DNA of 51,780 bases from an uncultured Pseudomonadota bacterium (GTDB taxonomy: Bacteria > Pseudomonadota > Alphaproteobacteria > RF32 > CAG-239). The notes under the pieces were generated by a model. That model made no database searches and was not told the origin of the DNA. It saw nothing but the letters and a program-made list of their open reading frames with translations. The DNA lies in assembly GCA_949295475.1 (NCBI GenBank), contig CASFLC010000131.1, positions 1 through 51,780 on the forward strand, in the 5' to 3' direction. Each line of letters begins with the position of its first letter. Position 1 is the first letter of the stretch. Positions 37,232 to 47,197 of the stretch are shown here, one piece after another. The translations under genes and the position numbers were made by a program.

Positions 37232-37374
37232 TCGTTTTATTGTACAGTTATGTTTTGCGTCTGCAATTACGCATGCCCGTTCCCTCCGGGCTTAATTTTC
37301 CCCATTTGTTTATGTCTTAACTTAAAAATCCCGATTAATAAACGGATATTTTCAGATATTCACAGCCACCCCCT

Positions 37375-37410
37375 AAAAAAGGCGTATTCCTGTTCTGAAT
37401 ACGCCTTTTT
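37375..37410. terminator. intrinsic terminator after flgE (bidirectional form)
   Basis: aggcgtattc ctgttct gaatacgcct, flanked by A6 and T5 runs. Confidence 0.75.
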
Positions 37411-37442
37411 GTTTTAGGAGATTGTTATGACATCACCAAAGA

Positions 37443-39653
37443 CTATGTCATTCTGGTGAGTTCGTCCAGCATCTCATCCGCCGTCGTAATAATCTTGGTG
37501 GCTGCGGAATAAGCACGCTGCGTGATAATCATGTTGGAAAACTCGGTCGCCAAGTCTACCGTAGACTGCTCAAGAGAGTTCGACTCAATGGTACCGGCAC
37601 CGTTGGTGTTGGCCATTTTGAGCAGAGCCTGCCCCGAAGCATCGGTTTCAATCCAGGCATTTCCGGTTAAAGCCGTCATTCCGTTGGGATTTGTAAACGT
37701 TGCCAACGGCAGGATGGCAATCGGCCGGGTTTCGCCGTTGTCATACAGCGCAGTAACCACGCCGTCTTCACTGATGCTGACACCGGCATAGCTGCCGAAC
37801 TGAGCACCGTCCTGCTTGATGTAGTTGGTGGTAAAACTTCCCGACAGGCTGGTTAAACCGTCATTGGTACCGACATTACCCTGAATGAGGGTAATCGGCG
37901 TGCCCTGGTTGTAATCTCCGTTCATATTTTTGGCGCCGTTGGCCCACTCAATTTCCATCTCGCTGACGTAGTAGTATTGAGGCAAGCCGTTGCCGTCGAA
38001 CTTGACGCCGGGAACCATGGACCCGCTTTCCAAATCGGTGTTATTGACCGAGAACGTATTTTCCAGCGTAATGACCGTTGTCGCCGGATCGGCATCCAGA
38101 ACCGTACCGTTGCGGGAGGTGCCTTTGATGTTATCGGCAACGCCCCTGAAATCGAGAACCATATCCGGACCGGTTGCCGAAGGCGTAAACTCTATTGTGC
38201 TGCCGCTGGCGGTTACGCGTTCCGGCTCCGTCATATTCTGGCGGATGGCCGCCACCAGATTTTCAACCAATGCCGCTCCGTCAAAATCTCCGGCAGGAAT
38301 CTGAACCTGAGTGCTGTCGCCGGTGTCCGGAGAATTTTTGAAGGTGTAGGTTACACCGTCGATTTCTATCGTATCTCCGTCAGACGGATTGCTGACAAAG
38401 CTGATGTTCGCCACGTTGGTCAGCTCCGAATCGATTTCCGGAATATTAAACTTTCCGGTCGGAATCCCCGTGGATTCATCGGGATTAACCGACGCCTGAA
38501 CGCAGGCCAGCGTCTTGCTTGCATCAATCGACAAAGATCCGCCGCCGGTCGACTGCACAATGGTGATTTTGTTGGAATCTGCCGAAAAACGATTGGCTCC
38601 CGGCATAACGTCATGAATAACGTTGTTGAAAGCTTCGACAAAATCGCTCACCGAAGTAATGCCGCTGGAAATATCAACCTTGACATTTCCGGGCTGGGCA
38701 TCCTGACCCGGCTCGCTAATAAATTCAAAGTTGAATGTTTGTCCGGTTTGATTGTCCGTGATGCTGATAATTGATCCGTTTTGCGGAATGGAATTAAACT
38801 CCAGTTGGCCGGACGCATAGTAAACATCACTTTCAATATCATGGAAGTTTTCCGTATTTCCGGTCAGGACAACCGTGGCCGCCCCGCTCGGAATATTGGT
38901 CGACATCGCCCAAGTGTTGGAACTGGTCTTGGTATAGGTCAGATTCATGTTGCTGGCATTGCCGAGACTGTCATAAATCAAAGCGCTGATACTGTGTTGG
39001 CCGCCGGCAGAGGGGACACTGGGATCAAACACGGGGTCGCTTGAGGGCAGATTGGCTCCGTATTTAATCTGCTGGGTGGCCGTTGCCGAACCGCCGATGG
39101 TTGAAAGATTTATCGGACGCAGGTTGCGTGAATCGACAATGTTGTCATTGACATAAACCGTATCGCCGTTACTGTCATAATAGGCTTTCATGTAATTAAT
39201 ACCGTTGATATTGACAACAGAGGCATTGGCGTTGCCGTCCCAAGGCAGAAGAGACCAGCCCTGCAGGTAGAAACCTCCGGTATTGACCAAATAACCGTTA
39301 TCATCAATATCAAAATCGCCGGCGCGGGTATAAGCCCAGACATCGCCTTCTCCGGGATTGGCTGCCGAATTGACAACAAAATACCCGTTGCCGCTGACAG
39401 CCAGAGCCGTCGATGACGATGTGGACGCCAAAAGCCCCTGGACGTTTACCGATTGTTTGGTTACCGGTTGCACGCCGCCCGGAGAGTAAAAATTGGTTGA
39501 CGTCTGCGCGGTTACAAGCGTTGAAAAGCTGACCGCATTATTTTTATAGCCAATCGTATTGACGTTGGATATGTTATCGGAAATCGCGCCCATCGCGGTA
39601 GACTGAGCGGCCAATCCCGAAACACCCGATTGCATTGCACCAAAAAGACTCAT
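37443..39653 (-). CDS. flgE: flagellar hook protein FlgE (long form)
   Basis: 736 aa. Conserved N-terminus (MSLFGAMQSGVSGLAAQSTAMGAISDNISNVNTIGYK), conserved C-terminus (EFSNMIITQRAYSAATKIITTADEML) and a large variable central region. Confidence 0.92.
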   Translation of the reverse strand: MSLFGAMQSGVSGLAAQSTAMGAISDNISNVNTIGYKNNAVSFSTLVTAQTSTNFYSPGGVQPVTKQSVNVQGLLASTSSSTALAVSGNGYFVVNSAANPGEGDVWAYTRAGDFDIDDNGYLVNTGGFYLQGWSLLPWDGNANASVVNINGINYMKAYYDSNGDTVYVNDNIVDSRNLRPINLSTIGGSATATQQIKYGANLPSSDPVFDPSVPSAGGQHSISALIYDSLGNASNMNLTYTKTSSNTWAMSTNIPSGAATVVLTGNTENFHDIESDVYYASGQLEFNSIPQNGSIISITDNQTGQTFNFEFISEPGQDAQPGNVKVDISSGITSVSDFVEAFNNVIHDVMPGANRFSADSNKITIVQSTGGGSLSIDASKTLACVQASVNPDESTGIPTGKFNIPEIDSELTNVANISFVSNPSDGDTIEIDGVTYTFKNSPDTGDSTQVQIPAGDFDGAALVENLVAAIRQNMTEPERVTASGSTIEFTPSATGPDMVLDFRGVADNIKGTSRNGTVLDADPATTVITLENTFSVNNTDLESGSMVPGVKFDGNGLPQYYYVSEMEIEWANGAKNMNGDYNQGTPITLIQGNVGTNDGLTSLSGSFTTNYIKQDGAQFGSYAGVSISEDGVVTALYDNGETRPIAILPLATFTNPNGMTALTGNAWIETDASGQALLKMANTNGAGTIESNSLEQSTVDLATEFSNMIITQRAYSAATKIITTADEMLDELTRMT

Positions 39654-39678
39654 TTTATTTCTCCTAAAACTTTAATAA

Positions 39679-40464
39679 TTAAGCCGTTGTTGTTTTATCT
39701 GATTCATCCTCTCCTTCGGCCGGAGGAGTGGTTGTATCTCCGTCGCTATCATTGTCACCGGACGGCGGCGTGGTATCGACTTTGTCAAAATAATCATCGT
39801 TGCGCATGGTGAGAATATCGCCAAGGTTGGCCGTTACGGCATCTCCCAAACCAATGTAAATGCCATTATCATCACTGGCTACGCCTGTCACTTTGCCAAA
39901 GACGGTGGTAATGACCGTTGCCTGCGTTTCTCCGCTGGGAACCTTGTTGGAAACTATAATTTGATAAGCCCCGTCTTCCAGCTGGTTACCGTCCTTGTCT
40001 TTTCCGTCCCAAGCAAATTCATGCGTTCCGGCCGTGGTTTCCCCGGAAGCCGTATAGACGACCTCGCCATTCATATCCTTAATGGTGATGGTGGAAGACA
40101 GAACATCTTTGTCAAAAGTGTAGGTTGCCTTGGCTTTGCCTCCTTCAAGGGGCATAACATCGCCCAAGACCTGAGCTGTTTTGCCGATGTAGGAGATTGC
40201 CTGAGCTCCGAGATTTGAAATGTTCAATGACAGCAGAGTATCCAATTTTTCATTGGTCTGGATGGCCTGTTCAACGCTGGAATACTGAACCAGCTGGTTC
40301 GTGAATTCGGCCGTATCCATCGGATCCATCGGATCCTGATACTTCAGTTGCGTCGTTAACAAGGTTAAAAAAGTATTCATGTCGGCCGACAAGGTCTGCC
40401 GGCTGCTGTTGGTTTCAGCCGTACCGCTCTGGACGGTACCGGTTATGGAACTGATATCTACCAT
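39679..40464 (-). CDS. flgD: flagellar hook capping/assembly protein FlgD
   Basis: 261 aa with the FlgD signature FLTLLTTQLKYQDPMDPMD..FTNQLVQYSSVEQ. Confidence 0.92.
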   Translation of the reverse strand: MVDISSITGTVQSGTAETNSSRQTLSADMNTFLTLLTTQLKYQDPMDPMDTAEFTNQLVQYSSVEQAIQTNEKLDTLLSLNISNLGAQAISYIGKTAQVLGDVMPLEGGKAKATYTFDKDVLSSTITIKDMNGEVVYTASGETTAGTHEFAWDGKDKDGNQLEDGAYQIIVSNKVPSGETQATVITTVFGKVTGVASDDNGIYIGLGDAVTANLGDILTMRNDDYFDKVDTTPPSGDNDSDGDTTTPPAEGEDESDKTTTA

Positions 40465-40480
40465 CGCTTTTCTCCCCTAA

Positions 40481-42187
40481 TTAAACCCGGATATTCAATC
40501 CGCGGGCCGGCGACCAATTCTGCAAATTGTCATTGCCGGCAATTTCGGTTTCCGTTTCATTCTCAAAAACATTTCCGATAAAGTGGCGCAGTTCTTCATT
40601 CTGATTGCGTCCGGCCTGATTGTCTTCACGGAAACTGAAGCTCAGGCTGCCCTCATCGGTTTGGAAACCGGCTTCGTTAAAGGCTTTTTCCAGATTCTGG
40701 ATTTCTTTCTGGAGTACTTCCATCGTTTCAGGACGGCTGGAAATAATGTGGGCCTGTAATTTACCGTCCTTGGCTATCTGCATTTTTACTTCGATATGGC
40801 CCAAATCTTCCGGCTTGAGGCTGATGTCAATTTTATCAACGCCTTTGACAGCCGATTTGGTTATATTGACTTTGACCTGATCAATAATTTCTTTGCTCAT
40901 TCCTTTATAAATGTCACGAAACGAGGCGTCGGACGTTTTTTCGGCAACCGCAGTTTTGAGGGCTCCGGCATTGCCTGCCGCCGCATGATTAACGGCCGAG
41001 CTGCCGATTTCGGATACTGAAGATACGCTGCCGGAAACAACTGCCGCGTCATCTGCCGCAGCAGCTGCCGCCGAAATGTTAAACGCGGCCGCGGCAGGCG
41101 TCATTTGTCCGGCGCCTCCGGCACTTCCCTGCTGCGGTGCCGCAACTGCCGGCTGAGCAGAACTGCTTTGAGCGACCAGCGGAACCGACGCGTCGCCACC
41201 ATCTTCGGCAATAACTGCTTTTACAGCTTTATCCAAAGAAATTTTATCTCCGACCAAATCCGTCTGGCTGCGGTAGGAAAAAATTTCCCCCTTGACGGAT
41301 ACATCCACTTTGAGCTTGCGGCCCTCTCCGGCCTTTTCATCCAAAACAGCCGCCTGAGACGCCAGGTTTTCATTGTCATACGCGATATTTTCAAGCGCTG
41401 ACCGGCCGGCCGTATTCTTTTCCGCTTTGACTGCCGTTTCTTCGACCACTTCCGCCGGAAGGAATTCCACAAACGCCCCGTCGTTTTCACCGGGCACATA
41501 CAACAGTCCTTCTGAAGAAGCCTTTTGAACCTTCTCAAGCAGTTCGGCTCCGCTCATGGTTTTGATTTCACCGGTTGCCGCATCCAAAACCCTGACACTC
41601 TCCATGGAAGCCAGCGCATTTAAATCAACATCATCAGACAACACTGTTACCGCTCCGTCATTTATAACTGCAGCAACCGTCTTATCCGCAGGACTTAACA
41701 TGGCAACATCCAGTTTTTTGACGACAGCCTCTCCCTCGACCGGGCGAAGCTCCAGAACGTGAGAAACGCCTCCCTCTGCGGCCGCGGATTCCACCACAGA
41801 CGCATCCGCCGACGGTGCTGTTTTTTCGTTTGCAACAGGGCGGACATTTTCATCCTGGCGCGTTTGCCGTTCCGGCTGCTCAGCCGCCGCGACATCCGGA
41901 CGCTCCGCTGTTTTGACCTTTTTCTCTTTTTGCGCTCGGGAAATTTTATTGTCAGCGGCTGTCGGCGTTTCTTTATCTTTATCCGGCGCTTCAGGCTTTT
42001 CGTATTTTTCAGCCGTTTTTACCGCGACATCCTGACTTTGCGAAGCCGACGGCATTAAATCCAAAGCCGACGACGTCTGACCAAGAAGACTGGCAAAGCC
42101 GGCTCCCAACGCCTCGACGGAAGGGTTGGAGGCTATTTTATTCAGAAACATCTGAACTGCCGAGTTGTTGACTTCTTTTACTTCCAT
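40481..42187 (-). CDS. fliK: flagellar hook-length control protein FliK
   Basis: 568 aa with an Ala/Glu-rich low-complexity body and a C-terminal Flg_hook domain (IDISLKPEDLGHIEVKMQIAKDGKLQAHIISSRPETMEVLQKEIQNLEKAFNEAG). Confidence 0.8.
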   Translation of the reverse strand: MEVKEVNNSAVQMFLNKIASNPSVEALGAGFASLLGQTSSALDLMPSASQSQDVAVKTAEKYEKPEAPDKDKETPTAADNKISRAQKEKKVKTAERPDVAAAEQPERQTRQDENVRPVANEKTAPSADASVVESAAAEGGVSHVLELRPVEGEAVVKKLDVAMLSPADKTVAAVINDGAVTVLSDDVDLNALASMESVRVLDAATGEIKTMSGAELLEKVQKASSEGLLYVPGENDGAFVEFLPAEVVEETAVKAEKNTAGRSALENIAYDNENLASQAAVLDEKAGEGRKLKVDVSVKGEIFSYRSQTDLVGDKISLDKAVKAVIAEDGGDASVPLVAQSSSAQPAVAAPQQGSAGGAGQMTPAAAAFNISAAAAAADDAAVVSGSVSSVSEIGSSAVNHAAAGNAGALKTAVAEKTSDASFRDIYKGMSKEIIDQVKVNITKSAVKGVDKIDISLKPEDLGHIEVKMQIAKDGKLQAHIISSRPETMEVLQKEIQNLEKAFNEAGFQTDEGSLSFSFREDNQAGRNQNEELRHFIGNVFENETETEIAGNDNLQNWSPARGLNIRV

Positions 42188-42228
42188 AGCAAAAACCTTT
42201 TACAAAAAATTTCACCTGGTTTTATCAA

Positions 42229-42244
42229 TGCAAATAGCATGCCA
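42229..42244 (-). promoter_or_regulatory. sigma-54 (-24/-12) promoter for fliK-flgD-flgE
   Basis: The minus strand reads TGGCATGCTATTTGCA, i.e. TGGCAT-N5-TTGCA with canonical GG-N10-GC spacing, about 40 nt upstream of the fliK ATG. Confidence 0.7.
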
Positions 42245-42512
42245 TTTTTCACTATTCTTTTTTCAATGCAGCGCATGCTTTGACAACGAGCTTTTGTCCC
42301 CTATTTTATTTTTTGGTTGTATTTTTGTTTTTTTACAAGCCCATATTCCGCACGTTTGCCGTTTTTATAAAAAATCGTTAAAAATATTACTTTTTTGTGT
42401 AAAAATCAGTGTTTTTTGATAAAAAACGATTATTTTTATTGTGTTTTTGAAAAAAAACGGTTATCAATTGAGGCAGAATGTTGTTGTAACTAATGAAAGA
42501 GAGAATAATCTT

Positions 42513-43010
42513 ATGTCAAATCCCATTGATACGAAAATTATCAGCAAGTTGGCTGAAATTTTGGATAAAAGCAATCTCTGCGAGCTTGAATATGAAGATG
42601 AAGGCTGCCGTATCAGCCTAAGCAAGGGACCGCGCGGCGGCGCGACGGTTTTGCCGATGCCTCCCGCTCCTGCGGTTCCGGCCGCCCCGATACCGGCCCC
42701 CATGCCGGTTCCGGCTGCTCCCGCTGCACCCGCCGCCGCTCCGGCCGCTTCTGCCGACGAAGATTATTCAAAGAGTCCCAATGCCGTTAAATCGCCGATG
42801 GTGGGCGTGGTTTATCTGTCCGCTGACCCGAATTCTCCGAATTACGTCAAGCCGGGCGACAGCGTTAAAGAAGGCGATATTGTCTGCCTGATTGAAGCAA
42901 TGAAGACTTTTAATCCGGTTAAGGCTCACAAATCCGGTACCGTCACCAAAATTCTGGTGGAAGGCGGCGATCCGGTCGAATACGGCGAACCTTTGGTTAT
43001 TATTGAGTAG
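42513..43010 (+). CDS. accB: acetyl-CoA carboxylase biotin carboxyl carrier protein
   Basis: ORF trimmed to ATG 42513 (MSNPIDTKII...). Pro/Ala linker and the biotinylation motif EAMKTFN. Confidence 0.93.
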   Translation: MSNPIDTKIISKLAEILDKSNLCELEYEDEGCRISLSKGPRGGATVLPMPPAPAVPAAPIPAPMPVPAAPAAPAAAPAASADEDYSKSPNAVKSPMVGVVYLSADPNSPNYVKPGDSVKEGDIVCLIEAMKTFNPVKAHKSGTVTKILVEGGDPVEYGEPLVIIE

Positions 43011-43036
43011 CGGCAACTTTAATTTAGGATTACGTC

Positions 43037-44386
43037 ATGTTTGAAAAAGTCTTAATTGCCAATCGCGGCGAAGTGGCGCTCCGTATTCACAGAGCCTGTC
43101 GCGAAATGGGCATCAAAACCGTGGCGGTTCATTCCGAGGCCGACGCCAATGCCATGCATGTCCGGCTGGCAGACGAAGCCGTCTGTATCGGTCCGGCCCG
43201 CTCCAGCGACTCTTACCTTAACAAATCGGCGATTATTTCGGCGGCTTTAATTACCGGCGCCGATGCCATCCATCCCGGGTTCGGCTTTTTGTCGGAGAAT
43301 GCCGACTTTGCCGAAATGGTCGAAGAACACGGCATTACTTTTATCGGCCCGACCCCGGAGCAAATGCGCCTGATGGGCGATAAAATCACCGCCCGCAAGG
43401 CCGCAGAGGAAGCCGGGCTGCCGATTACCCCCGGTTCTCCCGCGCTGGAAAGCGTTGAGCACGCCATCGAATGGGCCAATAAAATCGGTTATCCGGTTAT
43501 TGTCAAGGCCAAGGACGGCGGCGGCGGCAAGGGAATGAAAACCGCCTTTAACGACGACGAAATGAAGGAAGCCTTTACAATGGCTAAAGCCGAAGCCAAA
43601 GCGGCTTTTCCGAGCGATGTCGTCTATATGGAAAAATATCTGCAAAAACCGCGGCATATTGAAATGCAGGTGCTGGCGGACAAATACGGACATGTCGTTC
43701 ATCTCGGCGAACGCGACTGCTCGATTCAACGCAACAACCAAAAAGTTATTGAAGAGACCCCCTCTCCGGCGCTGAATATGCAGCAACGTCAGGAAATCGG
43801 TGAAATCGTTCGCAAAGCGATTGAAAAAATCGGTTATACCAATGCCGGAACACTGGAGTTTTTGTTTGAGGACGGGCGTTTCTATTTTATGGAAATGAAT
43901 ACCCGTTTGCAGGTTGAACATCCGATTACCGAAGCGGTTACGGGCATTGACATTGTGCGCGAACAGATTCGCATTGCCAGTGGCGCTGCTTTGGGATATA
44001 CGCAGGACGATATCAGCTTTAACGGCCATGCCATTGAGTGCCGCATTAACGCCGAAGATCCGGAAACATTTGCGCCCTGTCCCGGTAAAATTACCGAGTG
44101 GCATGCTCCGGGTGGTCTGGGCGTTCGCGTTGATTCGGAAATTTATTCCGGTTACAGCATCCCGCCGTTTTATGACAGCATGATTGCCAAACTGATTGTC
44201 AGCGGGAAAACCCGCAACGCAGCTTTGATGAGACTGCGCCGGGCACTGGAAGAATTTGTTATTGAAGGTGTCAAAACAACAATCCCGCTGCAGCAGGATA
44301 TTATATCTCAGGCGGAATTTATTGACGGACAGTATAACATTCACTGGCTTGAAAAATTTATGGAACGCCGTAAGGCAAGCAAATAA
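43037..44386 (+). CDS. accC: acetyl-CoA carboxylase biotin carboxylase subunit
   Basis: 449 aa with an ATP-grasp fold (KAKDGGGGKGMK, EMNTRLQVEHPITE). Confidence 0.96.
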   Translation: MFEKVLIANRGEVALRIHRACREMGIKTVAVHSEADANAMHVRLADEAVCIGPARSSDSYLNKSAIISAALITGADAIHPGFGFLSENADFAEMVEEHGITFIGPTPEQMRLMGDKITARKAAEEAGLPITPGSPALESVEHAIEWANKIGYPVIVKAKDGGGGKGMKTAFNDDEMKEAFTMAKAEAKAAFPSDVVYMEKYLQKPRHIEMQVLADKYGHVVHLGERDCSIQRNNQKVIEETPSPALNMQQRQEIGEIVRKAIEKIGYTNAGTLEFLFEDGRFYFMEMNTRLQVEHPITEAVTGIDIVREQIRIASGAALGYTQDDISFNGHAIECRINAEDPETFAPCPGKITEWHAPGGLGVRVDSEIYSGYSIPPFYDSMIAKLIVSGKTRNAALMRLRRALEEFVIEGVKTTIPLQQDIISQAEFIDGQYNIHWLEKFMERRKASK

Positions 44387-44387
44387 T

Positions 44388-44417
44388 AAAAAAACGCCGT
44401 TTTTAACGGCGTTTTTT
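44388..44417. terminator. bidirectional intrinsic terminator
   Basis: aaaaaacgccgtt ttta aacggcgtttttt, between convergent accC and the 695-aa ORF. Confidence 0.8.
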
Positions 44418-44422
44418 ATATC

Positions 44423-46510
44423 TTAGTGCGTCATCATCTGACTTTGATGAACGGCCTGAGCAATCCGGCTTAATGTCGGCTGAGGCTGCTGACGGCTTCC
44501 GGCCAGAGGTTTGGGGCGTTCGGGATCGTAAACGGGTTTTCCTCTGTCGTCCGTAACCGGACGGCCGTTGTCATCAACTTTGGGTTCAAAATATTTATCC
44601 TGACGATAGGTTCCCAGATTATACGGAAACTTGTCATACGGCTTGAAATCGCCATAATCGGTTTGAATGTTAGTGATTGCAAAGTCAATTTGCGCCCTGG
44701 CGCCTTCCCGGACGTTGCGCAGCGCATCAGCCTCGCGCATTCCGTTGGCAATATTTTCCTGAATTTCCTTGGCTATTTTCTTTTGAACCTCGGGATCATT
44801 GGCTCTTTGATCAAAAAACCTGATCAGTTCCTCCGGCTGATCCGGCAAGAAAGCAGACAGATCCGGCGTTTGATTCTTATGATAATGCTGCAGCATTTCG
44901 CCGTAAGCATAAGCCGCAGCCATGTGCTGAACAGCATCCCATTTTTCGCCATCCGGTTTTTCGCGACCGCTTTCATCCAGATTTTTGGATTGCTGAAAGA
45001 TATGCTGTTTAAATAAACCGTTGGTGAAATCCTGTAATTTTGTATATTTCAAATCGCCTTCCAGTTTGGTGATGATATCGCCGATTTTGGAGTTGCGCGC
45101 CGGAGTATGGCCGTTTTGCGCAACCCAGGCATCCAGTTCTTCGTAAGAAGGTTTGGTTTTGGTATTGTGCGCTTTCATGTAAGCGGCCATGTCTTCCTGA
45201 TCGTGCAGCTGCTCTATCAAATCCGCCTTCCATTGGTCAAGTTTTTTTCGGTCTTGTTTGTCTTCGTCTTTAACGGTTTTGAGCATATCGTTGATATTAT
45301 CGGCACTGAATTCGATTTTCGGCGGATTAACAATCGGCACCATCAGCGTTTTGCCGCAGGCTGCCCATATAGCCCCCATCCCGGCGCCGCTGTATACCGT
45401 CGCACCGCCGTCCGGCAGATGAAAGTGTGTGCAACCCTGCGATTTTAATGCGGCCAGCATGCATTGGGCATGTTTGGCTTCCATCGGTTTGCCCGCCGGC
45501 ATGTACGGCCGGACAACGGGAACACCGTCAATAATGTTGAATTTGACGGCAAAAGCTTTTTTGCGTTGAACGTCTCCGCCCTTGGTCTCGCTGTCGTGTT
45601 TGAGGTCAATCTCGTTATTATACGCGCAAATAACCATGCTGCCGTCCGCACAACGGCGGGTCGTTATCAGCGACGAAGTAAAATTCATGATATTCATGCG
45701 GGCTTTAATGGCCTCTTTGGCTTCTTTATAACTGAGTTTCAGCTGCGGCTGATCTCCGCCCCGCGAATTTCCTCCGGCTCCGAAACTATTGTTTTCCGCG
45801 GCGGGAACATTCGGCGTTTCATTTCTGCCGTCCGCAGAAACCAGCTCCGATCCGGCATTGGCATATTCTCGGGAAACGCCGCTCAATTCCCGTGAAAAAA
45901 TCGTTGAAAATTTTTCTTTTTCTCCGGTTGCGGGATTATAAACATCCACTTCGCTGATTTTTTCGGGCAGAACAAAATCCTCCAGCCCCTGCGCGCCTAT
46001 GCCGTGCATATAAAAGAAACGCGACAATTCTTTCACCTGAGCCGCCGTAAACTGCTGATCTCTGGCAAAAACAATCGAGCGGCCGTTGTTTTCGACGGTA
46101 AAATTCAGTCCTGTCCCGCCAAGGTTTTTCATAATCAGCCGGAATCTTCCGTCTTTGCCTTCTTCTATGCTGCTGAGGTTGGCGGTCGCTGTTTGAGGAT
46201 AAGCGCCGCTTTGTCTGCTCTCTTCGTCAAACGCGGCCAAAAACAAAATATCTTTACGCCGATCCGCATCCGCCTGATTATATAAGGTTTCGACCCTATC
46301 TCCGTTGTGTTTTTCCAGCAGCCAGGCTTCGTCGTAATTTTCCGCATAAACGCCGGCGATGGCTTCCGGCTTTTTAAACCCCAGGCTAAACAAATCATTT
46401 ACGGAAGACGGTCTTTGATTTAGCGTCCGGGCGGTATCCGCCTCATTGGCGGCAATTTCTTCCAGAATTTCAGGAGATACATCTTCTGCGACAGCGTTAT
46501 TCTCGGCCAT
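44423..46510 (-). CDS. large hypothetical protein (695 aa), no recognisable family
   Basis: Long uninterrupted ORF framed by a terminator. Hydrophilic, with no signal peptide or TM segment evident. Confidence 0.6.
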   Translation of the reverse strand: MAENNAVAEDVSPEILEEIAANEADTARTLNQRPSSVNDLFSLGFKKPEAIAGVYAENYDEAWLLEKHNGDRVETLYNQADADRRKDILFLAAFDEESRQSGAYPQTATANLSSIEEGKDGRFRLIMKNLGGTGLNFTVENNGRSIVFARDQQFTAAQVKELSRFFYMHGIGAQGLEDFVLPEKISEVDVYNPATGEKEKFSTIFSRELSGVSREYANAGSELVSADGRNETPNVPAAENNSFGAGGNSRGGDQPQLKLSYKEAKEAIKARMNIMNFTSSLITTRRCADGSMVICAYNNEIDLKHDSETKGGDVQRKKAFAVKFNIIDGVPVVRPYMPAGKPMEAKHAQCMLAALKSQGCTHFHLPDGGATVYSGAGMGAIWAACGKTLMVPIVNPPKIEFSADNINDMLKTVKDEDKQDRKKLDQWKADLIEQLHDQEDMAAYMKAHNTKTKPSYEELDAWVAQNGHTPARNSKIGDIITKLEGDLKYTKLQDFTNGLFKQHIFQQSKNLDESGREKPDGEKWDAVQHMAAAYAYGEMLQHYHKNQTPDLSAFLPDQPEELIRFFDQRANDPEVQKKIAKEIQENIANGMREADALRNVREGARAQIDFAITNIQTDYGDFKPYDKFPYNLGTYRQDKYFEPKVDDNGRPVTDDRGKPVYDPERPKPLAGSRQQPQPTLSRIAQAVHQSQMMTH

Positions 46511-46623
46511 TGTTTACAACCCCCTCTGTTGTTTTATTTTCTTTTATCATATCACAAATCAAAAAAAAAGCAACTTTTTTGACAAAAAAAGCTGCTTTAC
46601 ATTTTTGTTACATAAAATTTTGA

Positions 46624-47070
46624 CTAATCGCCTGCACTGCGTGATTTTTCCTGAAGATACGGCAATTCGCTCCGATGAAACGGACTCACTCTTCCTCGGC
46701 CATAGGTTTTGACATCTTTGCCGACGGCATACAACAGGCCGTTCCTGCCGCTTAACAACGTGAATTTACCTGATTTTCCGTCTGCTTCACCGCTGATGCA
46801 ATAAGCCTTGCCGTTCAGGTATTCTTCTACCTTTTGCAGGCGAAACCTGTCGTTCAACCTCACAATAGTGCGGGTTCCGTCGGTTCTTTCGTCCAGAAGG
46901 CGGCTGCCGGCCTCCTGATTTTCCAGGGGAATTTCCGACTGCCACCAAATGCCCGGCGCTATCTGCATGTTAATACAGCCGTCATGATCATATTCCGCCT
47001 TTATAAAGGTTGTTCCGGTCGGTTTGACCGTCTTCTCTTTTTTTTGAGAAGTTTTTGTCTTATTCGACAT
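46624..47070 (-). CDS. hypothetical protein (148 aa)
   Basis: ORF with a basic N-terminal tail (KTKTSQKKEKTVK). No recognisable family. Confidence 0.45.
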   Translation of the reverse strand: MSNKTKTSQKKEKTVKPTGTTFIKAEYDHDGCINMQIAPGIWWQSEIPLENQEAGSRLLDERTDGTRTIVRLNDRFRLQKVEEYLNGKAYCISGEADGKSGKFTLLSGRNGLLYAVGKDVKTYGRGRVSPFHRSELPYLQEKSRSAGD

Positions 47071-47161
47071 TGTATTTTTCCTTAGATTGATTCAACAATG
47101 CGTGCATTATTAGACATAAATTATCATTTTGCAACAAAAAAAATCAGAGAATTTAGACAAA

Positions 47162-47197
47162 CAAAAAAGGGATGGAAAAAAATACCTTTTCCATCCC
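47162..47197 (-). terminator. intrinsic terminator
   Basis: gggatggaaaa / ttttccatccc 11-bp stem with a 7-nt loop, then a T-run on the minus strand (47168-47162). Confidence 0.7.

Noticed and set aside
37262-37278. Sigma-54-like site upstream of fliF (minus strand gggcat-gcgtaa-ttgca)
   Set aside because: The spacer between the -24 and -12 elements is 6 nt rather than 5 nt, and sigma-54 promoters do not tolerate this. I also found no exact TTAA-N7-TTAA CtrA box in 37232-37374.
36302-38774. ORFs 36302..37144 and 37977..38774 on the plus strand
   Set aside because: They are antisense to fliF and flgE, both of which have conserved termini and domains.
43247-44344. 365-aa ORF antisense to accC
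   Set aside because: AccC on the plus strand is unambiguous.
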